Source of the DNA: Octopus bimaculoides
Lineage: Eukaryota
NCBI RefSeq assembly: GCF_001194135.2
Contig: NC_068981.1
Span: 25,699,226 to 25,755,557 of the forward strand
Length of the DNA: 56,332 bases
Direction: 5' to 3'
In this document: piece after piece, positions 35,618 to 49,378 of the stretch
Layout of the letters: each line of letters opens with the position of its first letter
Numbering within the stretch: position 1 is the first letter of the stretch
Notes under the pieces: model-generated
What the model saw: the letters and a program-made list of their open reading frames with translations, nothing else
Told to the model about the DNA's origin: nothing
Databases searched by the model: none
Made by a program: the position numbers and the translations under genes

Positions 35618-35942
35618 ACACTGGCATTCCGTTGATTACGATGATGAGGGTTACAGTTGAACCTATCAACGAGACAGCCTGCTCGTGAAATAAGCGTGCA
35701 AATAGCTGAGCGCTCCACGGAAACGCGTACCTCTCACGTAGTTTTCAGGTAGATTCAGTATGATACAGAATGGAACAAGGCTAGCCCTTTGAATTACAGG
35801 TATTAGTTCATTTTTTCCAGCTGAGTGGATGGGAGCAACGTGGAAGAAAGTATCTTGCTCAAGGACCCAGCACACCGCCAGGAGTCGAACACACGACCTT
35901 AAGGTCGTGAGCCGATTATTATTGCCACTAAACCATGCGGCT
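35618..35942 (-). mobile_element. tRNA-derived SINE related to 1-272
   Basis: Shares GCCCTTTGAATTACAGG and the CTCCAC.GA.ACG.GTACC block; tRNA-like head near 35870-35940. Confidence 0.7.
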
Positions 35943-36512
35943 TTATCCACCTCATTATATGAGTGGTTATTTAATTTTATTGAACTCGAAAAGATATAAG
36001 ATAAAGTTAACCCATGTAGATTCAGAATTAAGAACATAAAGAGATGTGACTAAAAACCACATGGGATTTTCCGACGCTATACTTATACGACAAAATACGC
36101 ATAACCAATGTGTCCTATTATTTCATTTATGTTGTAGATTGGAGTAGAATGTTGAGAGGGATAAGTATATGTTACTACGATGTATTTCTGGTGTACGTAA
36201 GTTGTCTTTCATAGCTGAGAAAGAATATTAAACTTCTCTTTTTGTATTACATCAACTAACATATATAGAAAATGCTTATTGTATTGAATAAAGTAATCTG
36301 TACTGCTCTTCAAGAAATTTATCTGTCAGCAAATATATCAGTAATGTTTTGTTCTATGATGGTTAGAGGAAGCCTGGGTCGATTTGCCAATACATTCATG
36401 ATGTCATAGGACTGGTTCTACAAATACATTCGGTTTGTGACAAGCTAACAGAACATACACAAAATAAGCATCTCTTTATTTCGGCCACCACATGGCTAAT
36501 CTATGAATGAAG

Positions 36513-36550
<38 letters not shown>

Positions 36551-38119
36551 ACCCAAAAAATGTAAAATAAAATATTAAAATTTCGATAAGTAAATTTATG
36601 CATTCACTTTGGGTTACTTCCTTTATCTCAATGTGAAATAGGAGCGCCATTCCTCCATATATGTCACTCTCCCTGCTTGATTTCAACATCGATTATACTG
36701 CTCGTCGAAGAAATGGTGCTTTCAACAAGCAGTAGTTAGGAACTCTTTTAGAAATATATCTATTTAAATTAGATAAAACCTATTAAGATAGAAACACTGT
36801 AAAATGTGGTGGAAATGTGAGCTACAAATTTGAAGACAGAATAAGTGTTTTACCTTATATTTGAAATACAACGTAAAACTTTAATTGTTTTGGCCTTAAC
36901 AAATGCTTATCTAATCTAATGTCACACCGCCCAAACTAATCTATTGTAAAGTTGCATTTGCCATTTACCACCTATTGAAGCTTTTCTGAGTACAACTATG
37001 ATTAAACGTGTTACAATTATAGCTATTTCACCTTTCTCAAGCGTTTATATTCAGAAGTATAATACCAAGTATGGCCTGCCTTGTCTGAAATTGTAATCTG
37101 AGGTTTGAGGTTTATTCGTTGTTAAACGAACGACGGCGTAGAGGACGCGTCATTAGCTTCTTTTAGTTCATATATTGTGTCTATGCTGTTATAGTGAAGC
37201 AATTCTGTAAGCTTCATTTTGCCATTGTAAATTAACTCCACATCACACAGTGTATAGAACTTATCAACTATGTATAGCTCTCAGTATAAGAAACCAATGA
37301 TTTCAAGGATAAACTCAATTGTCACGGAGGCATACAACAAAAATCTCGAGTCCTTTAAATTGACTTGCTATTGATAAGAGGGAAAAACATAAGAATCAAA
37401 AGAAATCGGTTATAAAATAAAATGGTCTCTTGAATATGGGAATACAGAAAAAACATGCCAGGGCTTGTACAAAAGAAAACAACCCCAAATATTCCTTCGG
37501 TATTGTAGGCAGAAGAAAGGTTTTGGGTTAATAGAGAAAATTGATGGCCACTTCAAAACAAAAGCAGTAAAAATATATTCAGTAAATAATGACACATAAA
37601 GCGCATCTGACCTATAGAGCGTATGTTAGTGGTGAATGGCGACGAAAGAACTTTGACACATGGAGTTAATTAATTGATTGATCAAATGGTTAATCAAACA
37701 ATCGATTAGTTAACTAGTTAACTAGTTCAGTAGATAGCCAATAGACATGTAAAACAGAAAACAGTGAAAAAGAACCAGTGTGGGTGCTTTATTTATTACT
37801 GGCATTATGATCCTTCCGAGATGCAACATGGTCTTTCAACACACAAGTTCACATCAAGAATCTTGCAAACCAAATACAAAAAGGAAAAAGTAAACGGAAT
37901 TATCATGAAAAACATGCATATCTATATAATATTGTGTTCTCTCAGTCTGAACGTGTCCAAAGAGAAGTGTTAGAAAGGAATTACTTCGATACCAAATATA
38001 CAAAAATCACAAGGAGTAGATTTAAGCTGATATTAAGTAATATGCCATAATTTTCTCTCCCCACCACACAAAAATAGAACGAAGAAATGATTTTGCTCAA
38101 GTAGGCCGCGTATCGCTTT

Positions 38120-38470
38120 TAACTCTAAAAGGGAACACTGTATATCTTATATATAAGAAAGGAAGAACAGAAGACATTAAGAAGTGCAAAACTCTGACAT
38201 CATATATCAACGAAGTCAGAGAGATAATAATAATAATAATAAGGAATTTGGAGAAGAACGAACTGGTGTAGGCTAGAAGTAAAAATTCTGTTGATGGCCT
38301 TTGCAGGATCTTCAAGAGAGTAAATACCAAACAAATACACTTCTCTTCCCAGAATTTATAGATCTATGCCAGAATTAAAAAAAAAAAGACACTATTAAAT
38401 CAACATCATTTATCAAGTGTTGGGACTGTCCATTGGAAAACACTAGGAAGAAATGATCCTGATCTCATTC
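38120..38470 (+). mobile_element. Highly decayed RTE-like RT fragment
   Basis: VYLIYKKGRTEDIK... and QTNTLLFPEFIDL, collinear with the RT domain 1-3 consensus. Confidence 0.4.
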
Positions 38471-38847
38471 TAGAATAAAAATTTCTCTTAAAATTCTCCT
38501 TAACATGCCGTGACAATCAGTAAACGAGATACTTATGAGCTAAGATTAAGCGCGATAAGCATATATGTGTGTGCGTATGTGTGTGTGGGTATGGTGTGTG
38601 TATGTGTGTGTATGTGTGTGTGTGTGTGTGTGTGTTTGAGTATGTGTGTGCCTGTACGTCTGTGTGTATGTGACTATGTGAGTATGTTTGTACATCAACA
38701 TACATTAATACACACACATATATAATCGGCGAAAAATACAGTGTAACTCGAGGATTGAGAGTTTCATGCATTGGCACTTACCAAAGGGATAGGTGCCCAT
38801 GCACGATAATCTCCGCCCTCGTGTCACACTGTAACTGCCTGCTATTA

Positions 38848-38881
<34 letters not shown>

Positions 38882-39045
38882 ATGGAAGGGGTAAATTCAG
38901 AAACAAAGTTTAAGTGAATCAGCAAATTCCCAAACGGAAAACACTTAAACGTAATTTCTTTTAATATTAAAAAAAAAAAACATAAACATAAATATATATA
39001 TTTATACAGATCAAAATAAATCTATATATATAAAAGTATAATATA

Positions 39046-39172
39046 CAGGGTGTCCACAAGGTCTGGGTACATGGAGTAAATAAAATCATAACATAAATAA
39101 TTAAATATCAGAAATGATAATTTCTTAAAGCATGTGTTAATCCCCATGTACCCAGACTTTGTGGACACCCTG
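39046..39172. mobile_element. Tc1/mariner-type MITE, second copy (opposite orientation to 27116)
   Basis: Same 29-bp TIR, TA flanks, same 127-bp length. Confidence 0.92.
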
Positions 39173-39518
39173 TATAAATATATAAATAAAAATATGAATT
39201 AAAAGAACGTAAAAATATGAGAGTTGTAAATATGGTGAGTGCAAACGAAAGAGAACACATTAACAGAATTAGAAATAGAGATTGTGAATAAAATGATAAA
39301 CTACTTATAGAAAAAGATATACCATATATAACGGTAGGAAGGTGTCTAAGTCATTGAACAGCAAAATAGATAAGACAGTTCAGAGAGCAAATAACTACAT
39401 TACTAGAACAGATCAAAAATTTACAATTAAGGATTATACATACATACATAGAAACACACACACACACACACATATATTGAAAGGTTTGGAGGTGATGTAC
39501 AGGAATTATATATTAGAA

Positions 39519-39587
<69 letters not shown>

Positions 39588-39589
<2 letters not shown>

Positions 39590-39706
39590 GGTACTCAGAT
39601 ATTTGAAAAACCAATAGGAATAGGTGCAAGCGCTAATATTTATAAAACATGTGACATATTAATAAAAATCTGTAAATGTACAACCGTCCAGATATCTGAG
39701 TACCTT
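39588..39706. mobile_element. Small MITE-like element (119 bp)
   Basis: AAGGTACTCAGATATTTG and CAGATATCTGAGTACCTT are inverted, 17/18. Confidence 0.55.
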
Positions 39707-40586
39707 GTTAACATTATTCTTTCTAATATATATATATATANNNNNNNNNNNNNNNNNNNNNNNNNNNNNNNNNNNNNNNNNNNNNNNNNNNNNNNNNNNN
39801 NNNNNNNNNNNNNNNNNNNNNNNNNNNNNNNNNNNNNNNNNNNNNNNNNNNNNNNNNNNNNNNNNNNNNNNNNNNNNNNNNNNNNNNNNNNNNNNNNNNN
39901 NNNNNNNNNNNNNNNNNNNNNNNNNNNNNNNNNNNNNNNNNNNNNNNNNNNNNNNNNNNNNNNNNNNNNNNNNNNNNNNNNNNNNNNNNNNNNNNNNNNN
40001 NNNNNNNNNNNNNNNNNNNNNNNNNNNNNNNNNNNNNNNNNNNNNNNNNNNNNNNNNNNNNNNNNNNNNNNNNNNNNNNNNNNNNNNNNNNNNNNNNNNN
40101 NNNNNNNNNNNNNNNNNNNNNNNNNNNNNNNNNNNNNNNNNNNNNNNNNNNNNNNNNNNNNNNNNNNNNNNNNNNNNNNNNNNNNNNNNNNNNNNNNNNN
40201 NNNNNNNNNNNNNNNNNNNNNNNNNNNNNNNNNNNNNNNNNNNNNNNNNNNNNNNNNNNNNNNNNNNNNNNNNNNNNNNNNNNNNNNNNNNNNNNNNNNN
40301 NNNNNNNNNNNNNNNNNNNNNNNNNNNNNNNNNNNNNNNNNNNNNNNNNNNNNNNNNNNNNNNNNNNNNNNNNNNNNNNNNNNNNNNNNNNNNNNNNNNN
40401 NNNNNNNNNNNNNNNNNNNNNNNNNNNNNNNNNNNNNNNNNNNNNNNNNNNNNNNNNNNNNNNNNNNNNNNNNNNNNNNNNNNNNNNNNNNNNNNNNNNN
40501 NNNNNNNNNNNNNNNNNNNNNNNNNNNNNNNNNNNNNNNNNNNNNNNNNNNNNNNNNNNNNNNNNNNNNNNNNNNNNNNNNNNNNG

Positions 40587-40862
40587 TAGACGGAAACTGA
40601 AAGAAGCCTGTCGTATATATGTATATATATATATGTATGTGTGTATGTGTTTGTATGTCTGTGTTTGTCCCCCCAACATCGCTTGACAACCGATGCTGGT
40701 GTGTTTATGTCCCCGTAACATAGCGGTTCGGCAAAAGAGACCGATAGAATAAGTACTAGGCTTCTAAAGAATAAGTTCTGGGGTCGATTTGCTCGACTAA
40801 AGGTGGTGATCCAGCATGGCCACAGTCAAAAGACTGAAACAAGTAAAAGAGTAAAAGAGTAA
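40587..40862 (+). mobile_element. SINE body and tail with an internal microsatellite
   Basis: GTAGACGGAAACTGAAAGAAGCC-(microsatellite)-GTCCCCCCAACATCGCTTGACAACCG...CCAGCATGGCCACAGTC...AAACAAGTAAAAGAG. Confidence 0.85.
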
Positions 40863-41345
40863 TATTATATGGATGTCGTGACGACATTCATATAATATGT
40901 ATACATTTATTAAAAAAATGTTAAACTATATGAAACGAAGGCATTTCTCTTCCACTCTTTATATCTTTTAATTTTCTAATAATATAATATAACTTAATTT
41001 TGCAGTTGATTTGTAGCTCTTGAATTCTTTATTGACTTCGGTGAGGAGATTGTTTAATGATTCTTTGTTTACTTTTCTGGTGAACTTTCTCGTATTCGTG
41101 GGTGGCGGTTGTCAAACTGCTCTTCAGGTTGTGCTGTGCTGTGTGATTCTATACATAAGAGATTTAGATATGTCGGAATGGTCATTCTTTTTTTTTTTTT
41201 TGTCAAATAAACAAACACACTATATATTCGTTCTTCACTCTTTTATTACTGTTCTCATTCTAACTCATATTCATTGTCCGAAAATATCTCGTTGCACATA
41301 CTGAGAATCAAATAAGTGGAGCAAGAGCACACAAGAAGACGGAAA

Positions 41346-41390
41346 GTGTCGCTGAAGAGGTCACAGATGTATGACGAAACGTTTTGGGAC
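41346..41390 (+). ncRNA. Minimal hammerhead-like motif with a canonical core
   Basis: CUGAAGA-G-GUCA(CAGAUGUA)UGAC-GAAA-CG-UU; stem I is weak or decayed. Confidence 0.5.
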
Positions 41391-43392
41391 AATGAACATG
41401 AGTTAGATTAAAAGCAGTAATAAACGAGTGAAGAACGAATACATACTGCATGTGATTATTTCACAAAATAAATAAATAAATAAATAAATGACCATCCCAA
41501 AATACAACAATATCTGTTTCGACACACGAGTTCAGATCAGGAATCTTGCAACACAAATTCATAAACGTAATATATATATATATATATNNNNNNNNNNTGT
41601 GCCAACACACGAAACTCTCGGACCTAAATATATACTCTTGCTTTGAGTTATATGTTCCCGTTTGCATCACCAAATTTACACACACGCAATAGTGCTATGG
41701 GGGTGGGGTTGATTGACATCCACACATAAATATCGCTTGAGATCTAGTGAATTTGCAAGCCAAATGTTAAGCTTTACGTGATCATGAAAATTGTCAGCCC
41801 TCTACTCTTGGGTTATTTGAGCATTATGTGACGGCGCAAAGACTTGCTTAAACACGTATGACCTTCCATAACCTGTTCTATCTATTCAAGGCTTGACTAC
41901 TGTTTCCAGGAACTCAATTTAGCCGGTGGAGTTAACTCGAGACCTTGTGGAAATAAGCGAGGTGGTATCAGATTGTCCTTCATTACTGACAACTCCAACA
42001 GCAATGACAGTAAGAGATAACTTTGTGCCTCATGACTTGCAACTTCAGAAGGGCCCGAATGACATTCTCCGGAGAGTTATCATTTCGTCTCACCCCTAAC
42101 CCCATTATTACTGTATTCCGTACCTCCTAGATCTACACTATTTTTATAGTCCATTCTTGCCCCATTCACCTTTCTGTTACTTAGTTTGTGAATATGTTAT
42201 TCAAGACTATACGACGTCACATCACAATTTTCTACCAGAAGAGCATCGTCCATATATAGACACACCTCATAACTTAGGAAACCAAGATTCGATTTGAAAA
42301 AAATCTAAATATCAATGGGATCTGTCTGTGCTGTACAGCAGGGTTCACCACCACGCCCCTGACGTGGAGGAAAAAATTCAATAGCAATTTTTGATGCCAT
42401 ATCTAAGCCATAATATACTCCGTTTATTCGATTTATCATTAGGTTTGGTGTCATCATTCTTGTTCTTAGTAGAGTTATTTTGATTGGAATTAGAGTCGGC
42501 TTCTTTGTTCCTATATCCAACTTCTTTCTATCTTTATTACTGTATTTATTTATTTGCTTTTTTTTCGACTATCATATCACGATTCACGATTAAGGTTTAA
42601 TTTCTTCCTTAATACGAACCCTGCTGTTTTACATCATTTTGATGTTCATTAGTATACCTCACTCCCTAAATTTTATCATTTACTTTATATCCATTTTTAT
42701 ATTCATTAGCTATCTTGTTCGGCGGATACTTAATTTTATCCTTATATCCAGCGCTGGTCAGTGCCGCATTGTATAGCCAGCGTGTGAATTATTATTATTA
42801 TTATTATTTTTTTTTTATTAATCGACAACATAAAAATCTTATTTGAGATGCTTTTTATAATGCATTTTGCTACAGAATGTTGATGATTAGAATTTTTATT
42901 TAAATATTTCGAATCTTCGTGCGGTTTGAAGAGTGGTTTAAAAATACTTTTAAGAGTTTTAATTAAGAGTTACATCTAGGAATTCACTACTTATGGTCTT
43001 TTTCAATTGTTACACACAACCCTATGTTTTTGTAAAAATTTAAACAGATTTTGTTTCTATATCTTTCTATCTCTACTTCAGGAAAAGAGTGTCATCCTCG
43101 TATGAACATATTCCATAGATTAGGAAACCAGGATGTAAATATCGAAAACAATTCATCCTATCAGATCTCGTCCATAACATATCGTAATCACACTATGAGC
43201 AGCTCCTATATATGTCTCCTGTCTAGACAAATTAGAGCTGCGTTTAGCGAATATAAGTTTCTTATTAAGTAATATTATATTGGCAGTGGAAGAGTAATTA
43301 GAAATATCAAGTTCTACTTTTATTTTCCAGACTGCTGGACCAACTAATAATATCTAGTGTATAACACAATGGCCCACACTTATTTAAGAATC

Positions 43393-43890
43393 TTAGAGTT
43401 GGAACTTAACAAAGCCACGGAAGGCCGAAATCAAGCTATTATGATCTGCATGTTTTATTGAACTTATAAGATGATAGAGAGGGATTGACAGGGATAGGTC
43501 AGGCAATTTTTTCATGAATGTGTCCTTATCCAACAGCCAGTATGTTGCCAATATTCCACGGCCTTTTACTTCTCCACTCTAACGCTTAAATTGTCATGAT
43601 TTTCACAAAATATTTTCTTAAATATGTTTCAGGCTGCATGATGTGTTATAAAAGTCGATTTGATCCGGAAATAAAATTGCATATGTTATACCAAATTCCA
43701 AGTGAAATGGATTCGGCAAAAAAATTTGAACAATTTAATATAAACATAATGTCAACTGGATCACTTTAAAACAAAGATTAAAATGATACTAAGATTTTCA
43801 ACAACTATAACGCACGGGGAATATAGTCGATGAAATATTTCAAATGGCAGGATAAACGCCATTATTTGGGGCACAATATAAAACTTCAAT
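43393..43890 (-). pseudogene. Guanylate-cyclase catalytic-domain relic, apparently intronless
   Basis: 43572-43501 reads EVKGRGILATYWLLDKDTFMKKLP (cf. the GC C-terminal EVKGKG.M.TYWL.G...F...LP); weaker collinear traces upstream (PNNG..(H)A.EI; GIT..Y.LF.D; LKHI) with stops and frameshifts. Confidence 0.6.
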
Positions 43891-44110
43891 TATGACAGTA
43901 TCAATATGGGTGCCTGTACAATTTTGTGCGTTTGTGAAATAGCGTATATACATATACACTTATGTCATTGGGCATGTAATGTGAATGTACATATATATGT
44001 GTGTGTGTGTGTATGTATGTGTGTGTGTATGTATGTGTATGTGTGTGAGTGTGTGAGTGTGTGTGTTTGTGTGTGTGTTGTGTGTCTGCTTGTGTGTCTG
44101 CTTGCACCTT

Positions 44111-44545
44111 GCTGTGTTGTATCTTATGAAAAAGATACTTAGGCGCCCTGTAATTAGAAAGAGAGAGCAACAAAAGGATTACCAAACTGTAATATGTAAT
44201 GGAGTCGATATGACCAGCCAAGACACTTTAGGGCTATGTCACAGCATGGCCACGCTAAAATGCTGGTATCTAGTAAAATAATAAAACATAATAATGATTT
44301 TTATCTTTATATAATCTTTGAGTGAACCGATTATTTAACTGATGCTTCTGTCATAGATTCCGGAAGGAAGAAAGGTGATGCAATATTTTACGCTAAAGCG
44401 TCATACAAGACGCTCATCCGATTCAATAATTCTTTATTTTGTAGAAAGAACTGTCGCATGGGTACTATGTTGTTACGAATTTCACTTCGTATATGAGCAT
44501 TTTATATTTCAAATCTACAATGCTGTATCGTAGACATCTCTCTGT
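44111..44545 (+). repeat. Old ~440-bp repeat unit, copy 1
   Basis: Collinear with 51046-51484 (GCTGTGTTGTATCTT...ATTACCAAACTGTAATATGTAAT...GGAAGGAAGAAA...GTTACGAATTTCACTTC). Confidence 0.8.
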
Positions 44546-46445
44546 GCTAGAAGGAATGAATTTGGTTAGTAAGCTACTAATAGTTTCGTGCAATGAAAGC
44601 AACGCAGACAGTATTATATAAGACGTCTGGTGCTTTCATGAAATCTTCAGACTCAGCCCACAAGTTAAAATAGGATTGTAGAATTAGAGAATATACGAGA
44701 AGAGGTGAGAAGAAAGTGGATGTAAAAGGTGACAGGTTGAAACCATCGGAAGCAAAACAAAGAGAATAGAAAAAGAAAGACGGACGAAATAAAGTTATGT
44801 CCCCTTTGATCGTAAAGTGATTAGGCTAGAGCTGTATTTTACATTTCACCAACTGTTACTTCTGCAGTAACTTCTAGATTTAATAATGAAGTTACTGCAA
44901 ACGCAGAAGTTATAGCAACGTTAGATGGTAACATAACGGAAAAGAAGAGCTACATCGGACTATGTGATGCTGACGTCAAAAACCTCTACGCTAAACCTAT
45001 TTCTTCCTTTACAGGAACAAAAGTAAACCCCTAATTTGGGTAGATACGTATGTGGTCTGAAACCAACGTCACACCATATACAGTCAAGTGTAAAATAGTT
45101 GAAAAGTCTACGCTATATGTCAACGGATCAAGTGTAAGTTATGCGTAGCTGAAAGAACACAGAATTTTCTCTGATCTAACAACTCCATCACACTGCTGAA
45201 TTGCAGATCTGACATTTTCAACATATGTAAATGTGTAAGTTCCTTTGGGATAGAGAAAATTACATCTTCAATTGTTGACTTCATCATACAAAGCCGAAAA
45301 TCGTTTCTGTTGTATCAATTAATTTAGATATAGAAAATATCACTCAAATTCATATGTCTGAAAATACATGTTACGACAACGTTTTCTTACTTCACTTTGA
45401 ACTAAACAAATTTTGAATCACCTTGAACATATTGTGTTAAAATGCATTTTCATATATATTGATTAGAATGAAATTTTTGTATCTATATATGTCGATACAA
45501 CAGATGCATCGTCGGCATTCTATAATATATNNNNNNNNNNACGATTCCTAAAGAAAAGACGATTCCTCCAAAGAAGTGTAAAAGAGCCAATTGACTGGTA
45601 CGGCGGTTCAATACCATAGAAATAGGGGTATAAATACAAATTACCAAATTATAAATAATAAATCAATTAGGTAAATGCAATTAACAATTTAACATTTTAT
45701 TATATTATAATATGATATACTATAAAATATAAAATAATATAAGCTAAGATAATATAACCAATTTAAAAAAAAAACAAATACATTCAACATTATTTAATTT
45801 ATAAACAATTCATATCTATGAATACAATCTTCTTCAGGGACTTAAAGCAAATAAAATCTAATTTGGTTAAGCTTTTCTACATATCTATATCTAAGCATTT
45901 TAATAAAGAACATAAATTTAATAAAATAATTAATAGTCAAAGGATGAGAACTGTTTTTTTTTTTCGTATCTAAAAATTTATTATCTCTTTATTATTTATT
46001 ATTTATTATCTCTTCGCTTAATAATAAAAGATTAGACAGTTTTCACAATAATAGAAATAATAATCCTATTATTAAGAACGATCTAGCTAGTACTTGTGAT
46101 TGTTGATATAAGGATAAGTGTAATTTTGTTAATATAGAAGTAGGATTAAATCGGAAAAGGAAACCTATGTGCAGTTGAATTATATCCGATCTTAAAATGT
46201 AAGAAATTAATTAAGAATAAAAAAACGTGAGCGCGTTCTATCCTGTACAAATTATTGTAACGGTGATTAGAAAATTTTATTAACTGTGTATATATATATA
46301 TGTACATGTATGTATCTAATTGTATATATATATATGTGTACATATATGATTGTGTATATTTGTATATATGCATGTATATATATGTGTGTTTTTTTTGTAT
46401 TTATATCTAATGGTATGTATCAGTATTTATGTATGTGTATGTGTT

Positions 46446-46476
<31 letters not shown>

Positions 46477-47285
46477 GGATTAATTCATAATGTCTTGTAT
46501 TAAGTTTAAGTGAAGCTATTTGTATTGATGTGTTATATATTCGTAGTTAAATATTTATTGTAAATTTTAAGTAAGGTGTCTTCGTTGTAATTAAATCATT
46601 ATACATTTTAAAATAAATTGATGTAATTTATAAATTAATGATAATAATAATAATACTAAACGAATAATTTTATATAATGCCATATTGTGATCAAAAACAT
46701 TTATTTTCAAGTACGTATTTCCGGCTTTTTTAAATTTATTTATAAACGTATAAATGTATTAGCATCGACTTATAGAGATATCTTTTTTCCTCTCGTAGAC
46801 TAAGTAATTTGGTATTTATTCTGGGAATTGTGTTTGTGTAGATATGAAAAATTAGATTGCAATAATTATTATATATAGTTATATATTTTTGAATAATCGT
46901 ATTTATATATATTGATGATGAAAGAACTATATATATTGCAATACCCTCATTTCGTTAATTCTGAAAAACTTAGTAACTTTTTTTTATTTATAGTTTATAG
47001 TTTATTGTCTCTTTATCTGACAACTAATATAATTGTCGTAGATCTTTGTTTCTTGTTTGTTTTAATTTACGGAGTTCTCCTTCTTGCGGTTCAGTGATGA
47101 TCAAATCGCACCTATTTTCTTTCTTTTATTTTTTATTTATTTTTTTTTGAAGAGGTCACCATCCTTAAACCCATTCCACTACAATGGTAAAGGACAAACT
47201 AAATAAATGAATGAATGATGAATAGGAAGATGGATACCCCTTCTCTCTCTCTTTCCCTCTACCTATCTGTCTATCTGTCTGATTA

Positions 47286-47318
<33 letters not shown>

Positions 47319-48301
47319 CCTCCCTATATTTCTATTTATCCATCTCCATTTTCATGGAACATTACCACTACCCCCCNNNNNNNNNNNNNNNNNNNNNNNN
47401 NNNNNNNNNNNNNNNNNNNNNNNNNNNNNNNNNNNNNNNNNNNNNNNNNNNNNNNNNNNNNNNNNNNNNNNNNNNNNNNNNNNNNNNNNNNNNNNNNNNN
47501 NNNNNNNNNNNNNNNNNNNNNNNNNNNNNNNNNNNNNNNNNNNNNNNNNNNNNNNNNNNNNNNNNNNNNNNNNNNNNNNNNNNNNNNNNNNNNNNNNNNN
47601 NNNNNNNNNNNNNNNNNNNNNNNNNNNNNNNNNNNNNNNNNNNNNNNNNNNNNNNNNNNNNNNNNNNNNNNNNNNNNNNNNNNNNNNNNNNNNNNNNNNN
47701 NNNNNNNNNNNNNNNNNNNNNNNNNNNNNNNNNNNNNNNNNNNNNNNNNNNNNNNNNNNNNNNNNNNNNNNNNNNNNNNNNNNNNNNNNNNNNNNNNNNN
47801 NNNNNNNNNNNNNNNNNNNNNNNNNNNNNNNNNNNNNNNNNNNNNNNNNNNNNNNNNNNNNNNNNNNNNNNNNNNNNNNNNNNNNNNNNNNNNNNNNNNN
47901 NNNNNNNNNNNNNNNNNNNNNNNNNNNNNNNNNNNNNNNNNNNNNNNNNNNNNNNNNNNNNNNNNNNNNNNNNNNNNNNNNNNNNNNNNNNNNNNNNNNN
48001 NNNNNNNNNNNNNNNNNNNNNNNNNNNNNNNNNNNNNNNNNNNNNNNNNNNNNNNNNNNNNNNNNNNNNNNNNNNNNNNNNNNNNNNNNNNNNNNNNNNN
48101 NNNNNNNNNNNNNNNNNNNNNNNNNNNNNNNNNNNNNNNNNNNNNNNNNNNNNNNNNNNNNNNNNNNNNNNNNNNNNNNNNNNNNNNNNNNNNNNNNNNN
48201 NNNNNNNNNNNNNNNNNNNNNNNNNNNNNNNNNNNNNNNNNNNNNNNNNNNNNNNNNNNNNNNNNNNNNNNNNNNNNNNNNNNNNNNNNNNNNNNNNNNN
48301 N

Positions 48302-48338
<37 letters not shown>

Positions 48339-48407
48339 TATTCACATATATAAGTATATATTGATAAAGTTTTGGAATTCAAATCAACACTAAATGTTAT
48401 AAACTGT

Positions 48408-49378
48408 CACATTCAATTCACAATGGAAGATAGCAAAGAAGAGCTCCTATTTTGGGATATTATGATTTAAAAAAAGTCAACAACCAAATTATAAATGACA
48501 TCTCTCATAAACCAACGCACTCGAAGCAATATATCCTTTTTAGCTCATACCACCAGGAACAAATCAATATAAATATCTCCTTTAATTTAGCAAAAAGGAT
48601 TTGCGCAGTAGCGTCTGATAGAACTACTCGGGGCCTTCGTCTTCAAGACCTCAGAACAAAACTTACTGAGAGGCAACATCCACCCTCATTTATAATCGAT
48701 GATATTAGGTGTGTCAGAAAATTATACATAAAAACACTAAGGACAACAAAGCGTAACACCACTCCATCTCAAAACACTACTGTATATATCAACCCACAAC
48801 CCTAGAAACAATGAACCATACAACACTATTGTGCAAAATCTTCTTTTAATCACTAGAGACCCCAAAATAAACCTGAAAGTACATAAATTCATCAAATGCA
48901 AAAAGCAACACAAATCGCTAAAGAGACTCCTAACAAATGCGAAGCTTTACACAACAACCACGAAACCAACGGTTAAAAAATGCGGATGTCCAAACTGTGG
49001 AACATGCCCCAACCTACTGAAGTCACGGTTTGCCTTTTCAAACAAAGAGAGAGGTTCACAATTAAAACTAACTTCACTTGTGCTTCTGAGAATCTAATTT
49101 ATGCAGTAACCTGCTCAGCTTGTGTACATCATTATATAGCACAGTCGAGTATGACATTGAGATGGAGAACCACTGTACTTAAAGAGCAGATCTGGTTTCC
49201 GCAGTATAGATAGATTCCTTTAAATGAACACATAGAGTGATGTGCAGGTAACATCAAACCAAATTTCACAGCTTTCTCCTTCTATCAGTGCAAAAATGCA
49301 ATCTCTTTACAAGAACGTTTAAATGAAGAAAGTTTATTGATCGAAAAATGCAGACCACTTCTAAATATGCACGCATAA
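48408..49378 (+). mobile_element. Penelope-like element: RT C-terminus and GIY-YIG endonuclease, decayed
   Basis: IQFTME...LLFWDIMI / HKPTHSKQYILFSSYH...FNLAKRI / CGCPNCGTC / NFTCASENLIYAVTCSAC..HYIAQS..TLRWR / ERL.EESLLI....PLLN. Confidence 0.9.

Noticed and set aside
36063-36072. Perfect NF-kB site GGGATTTTCC upstream of IL-17
   Set aside because: About one such match is expected by chance in a window this size, and it is 7.5-14 kb from the candidate starts.
37090-37285. Protein-like minus-strand stretch (KFYTLCDVELIYNGKMKL...)
   Set aside because: About 52 codons between stops with no recognisable motif or convincing splice signals.
44736-44750. VETIG guanylate-cyclase motif on the + strand
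   Set aside because: Only five residues, not followed by DAY, and on the opposite strand to the relic at 43393-43890.
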